NCBI RefSeq assembly: GCF_009914755.1
Contig: NC_060935.1
Reading direction: 5' to 3' (one strand)
DNA: 64,000 nucleotides
DNA from: the human T2T-CHM13v2.0 reference genome, Homo sapiens
A program made the position numbers and the translations under genes. The stretch's first letter is position 1, and each line of letters begins with the position of its first letter. This document shows, in pieces, positions 25,542 through 38,390 of this stretch. The notes under the pieces were generated by a model. The model worked only from the letters and a program-made list of their open reading frames with translations. It searched no databases and was not told the origin of the DNA.

Positions 25542-25915
25542 ATCTAATTTATTTAACATGTGGTGTACAAGAGTTCTTAGTATTTCTTCATAATTCTTTT
25601 TGTGTTTCTAAGCTTAGTAGTTTGTCTCCTTTCATTGCTAGTTCTAGTAATTTGTGTCTTCTCTCTCTCTGTCTCTCTTCTTGGTCAATCTAGCTAACGT
25701 TTTGTTAATTTTATTGAGCTTTTCAAAAACCATTCCTTGGTGCCACTAAATTTCTCTATTGTTCTCCTGTTTTCTTTTTCATTAATTTCTGCTGTAATCT
25801 TTATTATTTTCTTCTTTCTGTTTGCATTCTGATTAGTGTGCTCTTCTATGTTTAGTGTATTAATATGAAAGGTTAGATTATTGAGGTCTTTCTTCTTTCT
25901 TAATGAAGTTTTCAA

Positions 25916-26465
25916 AATAATTGAAGAACACTTGTAACTTAATTGAAAGAGAACACCAAGTACTCATTAAATGAATTTTTAAAAAATAATACCCAAACAA
26001 ATGTATACCTCATCATGAGATCTGCGTACACCAGAGATAAAGAGAAGTTCTAACATCTTACAGAAAGAGGAAATAAAGAACAAAAACACAATGTGAGAAT
26101 CATAAATAAAAATTTAATTATATTTCTTAATAGTGTTACTGGAAGCTAAAAGGTATTAGAACAAGGCCTTCAAAATTCTGAAGAAATTGATTTTTAGTCT
26201 AAAAAATTCTATAATCACAAACCTAACATATCTAACAGAAGAAAAGCAATGTCTTCACATATTAAAAAAATCTAAAAACAAATTAAAGGAAAAAATACAG
26301 AAAGCCTAACTTCTAATCCTACATTTCCGGAAAAGTTGCTGTAAATATGGCTACAGCATAGTAGGGAGACTGTGTGTATATGGGGGCAGGAGTATATGGG
26401 ATATCTCTGTGCCTTTCTCTCAATTTTGCTGTAAACCTAAACCTGTTCTAAAAATCATCTTAAAA
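25916..26465 (+). mobile_element. Old L1M ORF1 remnant and L1MC/MD-like 3' end
   Basis: gccttcaaaattctgaagaaa; tatatgggatatctctgtgccttt..tgtaaacctaaacctgttctaaaa. Confidence 0.65.
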
Positions 26466-27555
26466 CTTTGCTTAGGAAAAGTGACTTAGCCTTTATACAT
26501 TCCACTGGAAGGTTAAAAATCCATCCTAGTAAAAAGAATAAACCACTATAGTTTAAAGGGCTCATATCCTAGTAGAAATATTTATGCTCCAACATGCCTC
26601 AGATCTTGCTAGTAAGAAAAGTTTGAAGCACCACAAAGTTGACCTTCTTATTAAGGTCCTTAGAAGAGATAAGCTGATGCACAAACACCTTTTAGTCTTT
26701 GTCTTTGTCAGAATAAACTTCCTTCCTAGACAGATGGCAGATCGCAAAATGTCAGGTTAGCTTTGAGGCCAGTTAATTCAGATGGTGTCAACATAAATAG
26801 CTGTTGACTTGTTGTGGAAAACCAAACTCCAAAACAAGACCCAAATATTTTATTATATGCAATTTTGCTTTCAGATCATATTTCCTGTGTTATTCCTGCA
26901 CCCTGTTTTTTTTGTTATTACTACCAATATTTGCATGTAAACAGGATCTCTGTTGCTTAGCAATTCATTACTTCTGTTTTTTTCTTCTCAGCTGAAATTG
27001 TCTTATTTTTGTAGTAGAGAAGAGAACTGTCTGATTTCTCTCCCATCTACAAAGTTTATCCCATTTTGAAATCTGAACATAAAGTTTGTTTGTAGAACAA
27101 GTCACTCAAATGTTCTTCAGACTTTTGTTTGTATTTCAATTCTCACTGGAAAGGGATTGAAAATATCATTGCTTTTGACTACTGCTGCTTTCTGCCAATT
27201 TTATGGTTACTCTATACCTACTTCAGTCAGTGAAGATCCCTGAAAGGGCATTCATTAAAATATGTTTAATGATTGGGAAAAATTAGAAGAAAACAGATTC
27301 CATGAATAGGGGCTAGATAAAGATGTGTATTGAATCCATGATACAAATGTCCTATGGAACCATTGTAAAGCTATTAACCATGAGATAGAACTACATGAAT
27401 TAAAATGGAAAAATGGCCAGAATATATTTAAAAGTAGAGAAGTAAAAGCAAGTGGGAATACAAAATGTATAGTATGATCTCACTTATATATGTAAGTTGG
27501 GTGGTGAAGGGACCTGTACAGACCTGTCTTTTATTTCATACTCTGTGTCCTGTTA

Positions 27556-27558
<3 letters not shown>

Positions 27559-27598
<40 letters not shown>

Positions 27599-27599
27599 G
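27559..27599. repeat. (GT)n microsatellite
   Basis: about 17 perfect GT units then gcgtgt. Confidence 0.97.
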
Positions 27600-28116
27600 C
27601 TTTTCCTCTATAATGAACTTGTATTGCTTTTATAACTAAAACAAAAAATACCCAATACAGTCACTGACAGGCTCTTATTTTCTATCTTTCTGGGTTTTGA
27701 TAGCTGTCATGACAGCAGCAGAAACAGCAAACTATAAAGTTATGGGAAGTCATTCTTGGCATCCTACAGAGTAATAGCCTCAAGGAGATTCTTTGTCTCT
27801 CAACAAGTCTCACTGACACATGAATATCTCATCTGCAAGATTCCCCTGGAAATGAGAATCCAAGGTTTAGAATATAACCTCTTATGTTATAGAGTATACT
27901 TTCAAATGGCAGTGAACACTGGCTTCAGTACTGGCAAAGGGAAATGACGAACAAGATACCTACTCTTCAAAAACTATACATGCCCTCCTGTTTCCTTTCA
28001 TGTTCAAATAAAATAACATTTTTAGGCATCTTAGATAATATGTGAAAATCAATTGCTCAACCACTCAAAAGAAGTATCCTTCCCCACAAACCCAAAGAGA
28101 ATCAACACATCACGTT

Positions 28117-28490
28117 TGCTAGTCTGAATATTTTTGTCTCCACAAAATGTGTATGTTAAAACCTAATCCCCAAAGAGATGTGTTAAGATCACTTAATAAG
28201 AAGTGATTGGGCCTTTGGGAGGTGATTAGGTCATGGGGGCTCCTCCCTCATGAATGAGATTAGTGCCCTTATAAAAGAAGTCTAAGGGGACTTGTTCATA
28301 CCTTCTACCATGTGAGGACACATAAAAGGTGCAATCTCTTAGAAACAGGCCCTCACCAGACATTAAATCTGCCACAGCCTTGATCTTGGGCCTCCTAGCC
28401 TCCAGCACCGTGAGCAATAAACTTCTGTTGTTTGTAAGTAACCCAGTCTAAGAGATTTTTTTGTTATAGCAACCCAAACAGACTTAGACA
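28117..28490 (+). mobile_element. MLT1A/MLT1A0 solo LTR
   Basis: gggcctttgggaggtgattaggtcatg..ttagtgcccttataaaaga..cagacttagaca; TSD acgtt/atgtt. Confidence 0.9.
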
Positions 28491-28799
28491 ATGTTCAAGC
28501 AGAAAAATTTCTGTGCAAATGAACTCAGCTCAAGCTAAGCCAAGATCTTTATCTAGCAAAGTGACACTGCAGATTGATTCCCAGTGTTACTTTCCAATAT
28601 ACGGACCCCTTCTGAATTCTAAGCTGACATAAATCGGCTGGAGGTATAAACACTACCATGACCATTGTACAACTCTCTGGTGTTCTTTGCATTTTGACAA
28701 ATGAGGAAATGAAAATTATAGTTGTTCTTTATAATTAACATTTTTTTTGAGATCCTCAGAGTGAAGTTTATATCACTGGGCACCTGCTGAAGAGAAGGA

Positions 28800-28980
28800 A
28801 GGCTTTGTGGTGCTGGAGAAAAAAGTTTGGACTAAGAGTCAAGTGAAATAAGTTCTCCTAGCCTTACCAATGTGAGTGAATGTGAACTAGACATTATTTT
28901 CCTAGGCCTTAAGAATTTTTCATTTGAAAAATGTGGAACTAGAACAGATGATACTATATGTTCCTCACAATTCTAGAGAA
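28800..28980 (+). mobile_element. MIR/MIR3 fragment
   Basis: ggactaagagtcaag..ttttcatttgaaaaatg..gaactagaacagatgat. Confidence 0.55.
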
Positions 28981-29062
28981 ACTTGGTTCATGAGATTTCA
29001 CATGGTTTGTGTTGGTTGCACAAAATCCCTTACATATAGTCTATTACTTGGTGGAATGCCTA

Positions 29063-30243
29063 TGTGACATAGCAAAATTTCTACCCCACCCTCACTCTGC
29101 TTATCTTTTAAAGTTAGGACGCTTGCTATGAGACGTTCCCTTTGTACTCAGACCAGTTGAGACTGGTTAGAACCAAGATAGCTAACCAATGACTTCAAAA
29201 AACCTCAGACTTCATTAGAATCTCATTTCCATGCTAAATGACACTCCCCCACCCACCACCATGACAATTGACAATCACTCATGACAGTGACTGGAAGAAG
29301 CTGTGAAAGAACAAAAAGGAAGGCAGCACTATTGATTCCAAGAAGTTCACTGCCTATTCCTGGAAAATACATGAATATTCTTCCCCTCATTTTTAATGTC
29401 CAACCCCTTCATTAAAGAAGCCATATCTTTAATTTTTTAATTGTTTTTATTTTTAAACTTTTAAGTTCAGGGGTACATGTGCACATGTGCAGATTTGTTA
29501 CATAGATAAACTCATGTCACAGGTGTTTGTTATACAGACTAGTTCATCACCCAGGTACTAAGCCTAGTACCCAATAATTATTTTTTCTGATCCTCTCCCT
29601 CCTCCCACCCTCTACCCTCCAGTAGGCTCCAGTGCCTGTTGTTCCCCTCTTTGTGTCCGTGTGTTCTCATCATTTAGTTCCCACTTATAAGTGAGAACAT
29701 GCGGTATTTGGTTTTCTGTTCCCGCATTAGTTTGCTACAGATAATGGCCTCCAGCTCCATTCATGTTTCTATAAAGGAAATAATCTCATTGTTTTCTATG
29801 GCTGCATCGTAGTCCATGGTGTATATGTACCACATTTTCTTTATTCAATCTGCCGTTGATGGGCATTTAGGTTGATTCCATGTTTTTACTATTGCGAACA
29901 CTACTGCAAAAAACATAAACATTCATGTGTCTTTATGGTAGAACAATTTATATTCCTTTGGGTATATACTCAGTAATGTTATTGCTGAGTTGAATGGTAG
30001 CTCTGTTTTTAGCTCTTTGAGGAATTGCCACACTGCTTTCCACAATGGAAACTGTATATTTTAACCTATTCACACTTCACTAGTCGAGAAGTTGATTTGT
30101 GAGCCACCTTCCCGCTTCTCCATTCTCTGGCCATCAAAAAAAACTTGCTCTTACTGACATTCACTTTCAATTTTGTGTATTGGCTCTGCAACACTGAATG
30201 TGGAAAGATCCCACCTTTTGGAGCTACCAAGCTTCTGGTAACA
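29063..30243 (+). mobile_element. MER66-like ERV1 LTR split by an L1PA insertion
   Basis: atctcatttccatgctaaatgacactccc..ccatgacaattgacaatc..aaaaaggaaggcagcact; resumes at 30048 and ends GGTAACA. Confidence 0.75.
29433..30047 (-). mobile_element. 5'-truncated L1PA (PA13-16-like)
   Basis: poly-T, aagttcaggggtacatgtgca..tactaagcctagtacccaata..cccacttataagtgagaacatgcggtatttgg; degenerate TSD. Confidence 0.93.
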
Positions 30244-30280
30244 GTACCATACCCAGCTCTAGTCTCCATGGGCAAGGTAC

Positions 30281-30580
30281 TGGTGGATTCAGGACATGCT
30301 ACCCAAAATCTGGCACCTGAGAAAACAGCAGAAGGGTAGCTTTTACCTTCCCCTTGCCCTTCTCCCCTGAAGCAGGTTATAAGCCCTCTTCAAGTGGTAC
30401 CCTCCCTATACCCAAAGGAAATGAACAGCCTTATCTCTGAAGACACAGGGATACAAGGAAGAAACTGAACAAACAGACTTTGCTGAGTTCCTCCCAGCAT
30501 ATTATCATTAGATTAGACCCTTTGTCCTCTGTCACATTTCCCCATGACTGCCACTCTTCATCAAACACTAAAGAAAACTT
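30281..30580 (+). mobile_element. MER39/MER34-like ERV1 LTR, partial
   Basis: ttcaggacatgctacccaaaatctggcacct..cttctcccctgaagcagg..ccttatctctgaagacacaggga. Confidence 0.75.
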
Positions 30581-30619
30581 TAAAAGTAGACTTTAAAGTA
30601 AGACACCACCAGATTTGAA

Positions 30620-31720
30620 GAGGGATTCTCATAATAATAAATGGTTAGTTCAAAAGGGTTTCAAAGGAGTCTCAAGTAAATTATGAGAATTCATATGTCA
30701 TGTTTTTGTTATGCCCTTTTAATAAGATTTAATGTTATAAATTTACTTCTTTCCCAAATTAACAGAGCCATTATGGTCCAAAAACAAAAGTAATCTTAAA
30801 ATTATTTTGAAAATCTAATGTCAAGAATAACAAAGCCACTCCTTAAGAAGAAATAAGATTGGCCTTCTGGGTACCAAGGTATAAAGCCAGGTATAAAACA
30901 AAATCATTAAGATAATTGGCCAAGGAACAGACAATGGAACAGAACTCCAGAACACATATATAAACACTTAAATATAACTAAAATTATGTTACAGATCAGT
31001 GAGAAAGTTTGGATAATTCAATAAATGAGGCTAAGGTAATTGCTTTTTTATAAAGGAGAAAATAAAATTGGATATCTAATTGATACCATACATTAAAATA
31101 GATTCCACGTTTCTTAAAAGTTTAAATTTGAAAGTCAGAGCTTAAAATCTTTAAACATTGGAGAATATTCTTATTATCACAGGGTTGAAGATAATTTTTA
31201 AGACACATAATCTGGAAATCTATAAGACAATATTAATATGTTTGCCTACATTAAAATTTAAACATATTCATCAAAGAGGCCATGAGTAGAGAGGAAAGAT
31301 AAGCCATAAACTTGGAAATGTTTAAAACACAAATAACCAAAAAGAGACTTTTTCCCAAAATAGATTACATTGAACCATATGAAATTGCCTCCTTTGTCTA
31401 TCTAAAATGATCGAATATTGCTATTTCTTATGGTTCAACCTAACAAAAGAATTTCTATGAATCATTCAGAAAAAAGATAGACCAATAGAAAAATGAGTAA
31501 AAGAGATAAACTAGCTCTTCTGAGAAGAAGAAATAAATAGCTAACAAATATTTTAATGGATGCCAATTTCACTAGAATGATAGAATTGTAAAATAAACCA
31601 TAATTACATATGATTTCACATCCACTAAATTGACTAAATGTATACAATCTGACAATGTCGGGAATCCCAGTGTGTTCTAAGCATTGTCAATGATGTGAGG
31701 CAAAAAACATTGCATTCATG
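30620..31720 (+). mobile_element. L1ME-type ORF2 remnant
   Basis: acagacaatggaacagaactccagaa..attcaataaatg..accaatagaaaaatgagtaaaaga. Confidence 0.7.
31365..31443. mobile_element. MADE2 mariner MITE
   Basis: long TIRs ttgaaccatatgaaattgc...gctatttcttatggttcaacctaa, about 80 bp. Confidence 0.9.
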
Positions 31721-31869
31721 CTGGTTTTTCTTCTTGGAATCGCACAGGATTAAGTGTGCCCTGTCACTCTCTCAATGTCCTCTCTTTTCATTACAACAGC
31801 ACACAGCTGAGAGTTTTCCTGGGTAAGGTATTTACCCTTGTGAATTTGAGCCATGTCTACATTTGCACT

Positions 31870-34800
31870 GTAAACTTTCATCCCTGGCACTCTTCAATCC
31901 TTCATGCAAATCTGTGATTCCAATGAATATCATTCTTCTTCAGCTGGAAGAACTTCCTTTGATATTCCTTTCAGTACAGGTCTGCTGGTGATTAATTTTC
32001 TCAGCATTTTTTGTTTGTTTGTTTGAAGACACCTTTATTTGCCTTTGTTTCTGAATGATAGTTTTGATTGATATGGAATTGTTACACGACAAGTTTTTTT
32101 TTTTCTTCCAACACTAAAAATGTGGATCACTATGTTTTGGCTTGCATTATTTCTGATGAGAATTTCGCAGTCATTCTTATGGTTTTTTCCCTATAGGTAA
32201 TGTGTCTTTTTCTCTGGCTTCTTTTAAAATATTCTCTTTATCATTGGCGTGTCTTTCATTCACACAAATTTTTGGTCTGTTCATTTTGTTTTTGAGAAAG
32301 CTAACATTTTAATTTTTCTATTGTTATGATTTATCTATTAATTCAATAATTTTGGAGCAGAAGCGGGGAATCTCAAAGTATTTACTTATTAAGCCACCTT
32401 GCCTGAAGTTGTAAGTACACTTGTGTTTTCACCAATTCCATACTACTTTAAGTATTACTGCTTTAGATAAATCTTAATATTTGATAGAGTTGGTGAATTC
32501 TGGTTATTCCTCTTTTTCAAAAATCTTCTTTAATTATTTCATCAAATTATTTTTAAATAATTTTTTAATACAAAAAGCCTTAGGCTGAATGTTTTTGGAA
32601 TCATACTATATATCCATAAATTAATATATGGATTTGATATATTTGAGATATTTAATCTTTATTCCCAGAAACATGGTACATTTCTCCATTGATTCCAGGT
32701 TCATCTAGAACAGTTAAAAACACATTTATGTGGATTCGTACCCAAGTGCTTTTTGTTGCTGTAACAACCTAGATCACATAGTAAATGTCTATGGTTGTGC
32801 AATGGTTTGTCGCAGAGCCCTTCCCACAATCTTGTTCTTTTTAATAATTTTACCAGTTTATCAGAAATCAAAAATAATTTTAGGTTTATCAAAAAACATA
32901 AAAGATGTGTGTCTGTGGAGGAATAACTAATATAACAAATTACTAATCACTTTCACTATGGTGAAAATCTTGGTTTCAGGAAAAAGAGATCTGGACTTCA
33001 GCAATTCTTTTCAGTAAATGGTACCCTGTAGAGGGCAAAAAGGCTATTTTATCTAGTAAATACTATTTTCACTCCAAAGATCCATCCCACCAGAGAGGTG
33101 GAGAATCAGCATGAGTCATTGTTGGGGTTTCCTTCAATCTTCTGGGTTATGCTGAGGCTCTGGGGTCTTATTTAAGACCAGGGTGACATTAAGACCTCTT
33201 TGTGCATCCATCCATAGATTTATTCCTGAGTTCCCATTATTCCTGTATGCATATTCGTTTGAGGTTTGTGTGTTGTAAGCTCTCTGCCAACTTAGGGCAC
33301 TGAATGTTTATCTGGAAAGAGTTTCTTTAGTTAATTTGTGTGTCTGCTAGAATTTTATTCACCTTCATTTTTAAAGTATATTTTTACTAAGTTGAGAATT
33401 CTGAATAGCAAGGGTTTTGTTTTTGTTTTTCCTTTCAGCACTTTAGAGGTCTTATTTTATTGTCATCTGGATTTTATTGTTCAGTTGGCATGTTCACCAT
33501 TGTCCTTAAGGTTGTTCCCTTAAAGATAATGCACATATTTGTAATCTGTCTGCTTTTGAAATTTTCTCTTGGTCTTTGCTTTACAGAAGTTATAATACCA
33601 TGGCATAGAATATTATGAATAGGGCTTGCTGAGTTTCTTGAATATTTTTCTTCATGTCTTTAGTCAGTTTGGAAAATTCTCTGCCAGTGTTTCTTCAAAT
33701 ATTGCTTCTGTTTCATACTCCTCCCCCTCTCCTTCTGGGACTCTGAGAACAGATATGTCAGTCTTTTTTTTTCTCTTTCCACCATGACTTACATATCTCT
33801 TATGCTCTTTACTTCAGTTGCCACCCTGTCTTCTTGCTGGCATTCAAACTGTATACTTTCTATTATTCTGTCTTCCAGTTTAAAGATCTTCTGTTTTTGC
33901 TGTGTCTAATTTTCCATCAGAGCCATCTATTCTTAACTTTGTTTATTATGTCTTTCAATTCTAGAATTTACATTTGATTTGTATTCATGGATTGAAGTTT
34001 TTGCTGGAATTCTCCATTTTACCCTCCATTTTTTTAACGTAATCATCATAATATTTCATAGTCCCTGTCTGATAAGTCCAATCCTGGATCTTTAGGGGTA
34101 TGTTTCTATTGCTTTAGATGGTGTTTTCTTCCTCTAAAGAGGGCTTTATTGTTTTGTCTTGATTTTGTTGTCATTTGTTTGTTGGTTTGTTTTTCTCGTA
34201 GGCAGGTAGAGTACGTACGGATCACTTTAACCCTTTTTATAATGGTAGGCAAATATAGTGTGAGGGGTGCCGATCAGCTCAGTAGAGACTGAGCTGATTT
34301 AAGACTTCATATTAAATTTAGTAAGGCTAAGCCTATTTCTAGCTCACCTCTTTCTTATGGTGTTAATCGGGGCTTTTAACCAAGAGCTTGTGTGTTCACC
34401 GTGTCTCCTCTTCTGGTTAGATTTGTCTTCTCTCATTAGCAGAGTGAAATCCTCTCCTTTTTAGAGGTTTCTGACTTGGCTTTTTAGTGTTCCATCCCAC
34501 ACGGCTTTGTAATTCAGTGTCCACATCAACGACTAGTCTAGATGTGTGTTTTAGGCACCTCCGTCTTGTCACTGTAGCCCAAAGCTTCGATAATTACTCT
34601 GTCTCCAGCCATACGTCACTTCCCTGACTCAAGCCCAGGGTTGCTAGGAAAAAAAAAAAAATACAGAATACCCAGTTAAATTTGAATTTCAGGTAAACAA
34701 CAAGTTTATCTGCACCAGAATCAGAAACTACTTCCCAAAGTAGCTGCAGATGATCAACTCACCTCCCTGCAATTCCTCCTCTCCAGAACCTTCTTCTCTG

Positions 34801-34910
34801 ACAGCTTTGTTGCATCCACAGCTCCCTGCCTTTAAATGTTTTTTTTATTTTAATCTGGCTTTTTAAGTTATAATTTATTAGAAACATTGCTTTGCCATTC
34901 ATTATTCCAC
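31870..34910 (-). mobile_element. Several old L1M fragments, antisense
   Basis: gaagaacttcctttgatatt..ggtctgctggtgattaatttt; ggaaaattctctgcc..tttcttcaaatattgcttctg..ctccttctgggactc; interrupted by unique sequence. Confidence 0.6.
34636..34705 (+). mobile_element. MER53-like hAT fragment
   Basis: cagggttgc..aaaatacagaatacccagttaaatttgaatttcaggtaaacaac. Confidence 0.75.
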
Positions 34911-35603
34911 TTTACTGGAAGTTAAAATTTACCCTTACATTTTTAACTTACATACTCGTATACACATTCTTTTCCTAACAACACGTTTTTTGATGTCTCT
35001 GTCTATCTCTGACAATAACAGAAAAATTAGCATGCTTCATATTTCTCTTCCCCTATCACATCCTTGTTGCCTAGCAGTATGGGGTTTAAGCCCATGGAAC
35101 CCCTGGGACTCCCTTCAAGAAGCAGAGTTTATATTAGCAGTTCACACACACTGTTCCATTGTGATACTGGTGAAATTTACAACCTAGTTCATGAGCCAGA
35201 GAGCAGCTGACAGTGACTGTCTTCCCATTCCTATGCTTAAGTCATAAACAGCAAATAGAGCTATTTTTATTCATTCTTCTTTCATGAGCTTTTTGCCCCA
35301 CCTCTGCTGTTAAATCCTAAGCAATGCTCTGGCATCCACAATGCATAGGGCAATCGCAATCCCCAGAACCCCAAATGAGCTTTAAAAACACAAAGAAATG
35401 TTCCCACTCCACCCCATGCTGTCATACACAGCAGACTTCAGACTTCAGCCAGGTCACTGCTCATTATTTTCTCATTGATTTCTAAACTCTCTTTATACAT
35501 GTTTATTCTGCTTTCTCTCTTTCTTGTTAAGCTATTTTAATTTTATCTGCTACTGCTAAGTGTTAGCAACACAGAAGGTTTCTTGAATTATAAAATAACA
35601 GTA

Positions 35604-35912
35604 TGTTTTTTTGTTTGTTTGTTTGTTTTAGGCAGAGTCACTCTCTTGTTGCCCAGGCTGGAGTGCCATGGCACAACCTTGGCTCATTGCAACCCCTGCC
35701 ACTCTGGTTGAAGTGATTCTCTTGCCTCAGCCTCTTGAGTAGCTGGGACTACAGGTGCCTGCCACCACGCCTGGCTAATTTTTGTATTTTTAGTAGAGAC
35801 AGGGTTTCACCATGTTGGCCAGGCTGGCCCCGAACTCCTGACCTCAGGTGATCCGCCCACCTCCACCTCCCAAAGTGGTGGGATTACAGGCATTGAGATA
35901 CCATGCCTGGCC
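35604..35912 (-). mobile_element. AluS (Sx/Sq-like), full length
   Basis: dimeric Alu with (TTTG)n tail; TSD taaaataacagta/taaaataacacta. Confidence 0.97.
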
Positions 35913-36099
35913 TAAAATAACACTAGATCTTTTTGCTGTTGTTCTTCAGAAAAAAAAAATATTTTATTATAGGAAGAAACTATTTTTAAGAGAAAGTGGC
36001 TCATTTAAACAGATACAGCTATTTATGGGCAGTGCCAAGACCAGAGCTGGGTCTTCTGACTTCTAACTCCTAGTCTACTGTACCATGTAATAGGGCTGA

Positions 36100-37280
36100 A
36101 AATAACACTACATCTTGACTGGAAATTCAATAGAGTTTTCTTTACTTTCTTTTATTCCTTTACTGACTTGAAAGACATACATTCTACTTCTGTTTTGTTG
36201 GAGTTTACATTTTTAAAATTAACAACTGGATCTTCTACTTTTTCTAACAAAAAAAATTGTTTTTTATCTTCCTTGTGAAGAAAGTAGTGACTTTAGAGTA
36301 CATTAATATTCCCCCTAAACCCTCTCTTTGCGTCTTCTAAGCTGTATCTGTCTAATGTTTTCTTTCAATTCTTATTTTAAGCAGAAACCATTATTTTTAC
36401 ATTCTATACAAGTTTAGATTAATTAATGTTTAACCAATATTTTTATCTACCATTTCTCTATGCAATCCATTTTTTCTCTTCCTAATTTACTTTCTTCTTG
36501 CCATAGTATAACTTTAATAGTTCTTTAACTGAAGCTTTATTAATTTTTAGATGTCTAAACATTTCTTTATCTTTTTCTCATTTTAAGGCTCAATTAGGTA
36601 GGTATATAATTTTAGTTTCAAAGCTATTTAATACATTAAACATATCCTTTCCTTTTTTTCTATCACTCAGAGTTCTTTAGGAGAAGTTTTATATTCTCCC
36701 TTTATACGTAATATTTCTTTTCTCCATTGTAGTTTTTAATACTTTGTTTATCTTTGATATTCTTATATTTTATTGTAATGCCTACGATGTGGACTTTTAA
36801 AAATTTGCCTCTATACTTTGGGCACTTTTTAAATGTGAATATTCATGTGTTCAAATCTGAAAAATTCTCATTAATTAGCTTATCAAATATTGCTTCTTCA
36901 CTATTCCCTGTGCACTCTTTCTGGAATATCTATGAAAGAAGGTTGGATTTTCTATACTATGTATTTCCTAACTTCTGTTTCATTTAGGAAAACTTTTTGA
37001 TATGCATTTTCTATGATCTCTTCATGTCTATCATTTAACTCTCTAATTCTTTTTCAATATGTAAAAAGTCTCCATTTTCTAGCCCATCTATCGAGTTTTC
37101 ACTTTCGATGACAACATTTTCCAACTTTAGTATCTTTTCGGTCCTTTTCTATATTTGTTTATTCCATTTTATAATCTTGTTTTATGAATTATATTTCTTA
37201 CAGCATTTTTGATTTATTATAAAGTCACATATCTCTAGGTCTTTGAATGTAAATTATTCTGTTTATTGGATCAGTAGACT
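36100..37280 (-). mobile_element. Very degenerate L1ME/HAL1-like remnant
   Basis: T-rich; ctgaaaaattctc..tcaaatattgcttct motif. Confidence 0.45.
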
Positions 37281-37295
37281 GTAGTATTTTCAGGC

Positions 37296-38390
37296 ACGGT
37301 CATTCCCTGTTATTTGTGTATTCATATTTGTGAATTCGTCAACTCATTAAAATTTACTTGTAACTCCAGAGTCAATCAATATTAAAGGCAGTTTTGCTAC
37401 GATCCATAAACATGTGCCTGTGGCACGCAGTGAGAAATGGGAGTCGCCTGACATCTTTGCTCCCAGCTGAAGTCACAAAAGGGGCGACGCTCTGCCTTCT
37501 TGTTTGAGCTTGCCTACTGCCAACACATGTCCTTTTTACAGAGTAGTTAGTTCCATCCTGTTTGCATTTTGTACTTCTTGTTAGTGATTGCTCTGTTTTA
37601 AATGGCCCTTAGTCTGTGCTGAGGTGCTGTGTAGTGTTCCTAACTCAAGAAAGCAGTGATGTGCCTTATGGAGAAATATGTGGGTTAGAAAAACTTCCTT
37701 CAGGCATGAGTTAGAGTGCTATTGGCCATGTGTTTAATGTTAAAGAATTAAGAGCATATATTAAGTAAGGTGTCTTTAAATAGAAACATACATAAAGCAA
37801 GGTTATGTATTGATTGGTTGACCAAAAAAAAAAAAAAAAGTGACCAGCAGCTCAGAGTAACAAACCCTATATTTCCCCTAGGGGCAATAATTCAGTATTC
37901 AGTAATGTGGTGATTGTGGCTACTTCATAGAACATAACTAGCATGACTGGTGGATAAAGAAAATGTAGTGTATATATATACAATGGAATACTACTCAGCC
38001 TTAAAAAGGAATGAATTAATGGCATTTGCAGCAACCTGGATGAGACTGGAGACTATCATTCTAAGTGAAGTCACTCAGGAATGGAAAACCAAACATCGTA
38101 TGTTCTCACTCATATGTGGGAGTTAAGCTATGAGGATGCAAAGGCATAAGAATGATACAATGGACTTTGGGGACAGGATGGGAAGGGAGTGAGGGATAAA
38201 AGACTATAAATTCAGTTCCGTGTGTACTACTCAGGTGATGAGTGCACCAAAATCTCACAAATCATCACTAAAGAACTTACTCACGTAACCAAATACCACC
38301 TGTTTCCCAAAAACCTATGGAAATTAAAAAGAAAATAGCTACATTTAAGACTTTAAAAAAAAAACTAGCAAGAATAAAAAGAATCAACTG
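37296..38390 (+). mobile_element. MER82 TcMar-Tigger element split by L1PB
   Basis: cccagctgaagtc..ggcgacgctctgccttcttgttt..gtgatgtgccttatggagaaa; terminal gaatcaactg at 38390. Confidence 0.9.
37947..38362 (+). mobile_element. 5'-truncated L1PB1-like 3' end
   Basis: gagggataaaagacta..aaatctcacaaatcatcactaaagaacttactca..aaaaacctatggaaatt; TSD aactagcatga/aactagcaaga. Confidence 0.92.

Larger units (their letters stand above)
22148..25915 (-). mobile_element. L1MB-type LINE, 3'UTR and ORF2
   Basis: cagctttattgagatata..ttcacccatttaaaatgta 3' end followed by about 3 kb of antisense ORF2. Confidence 0.9.
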
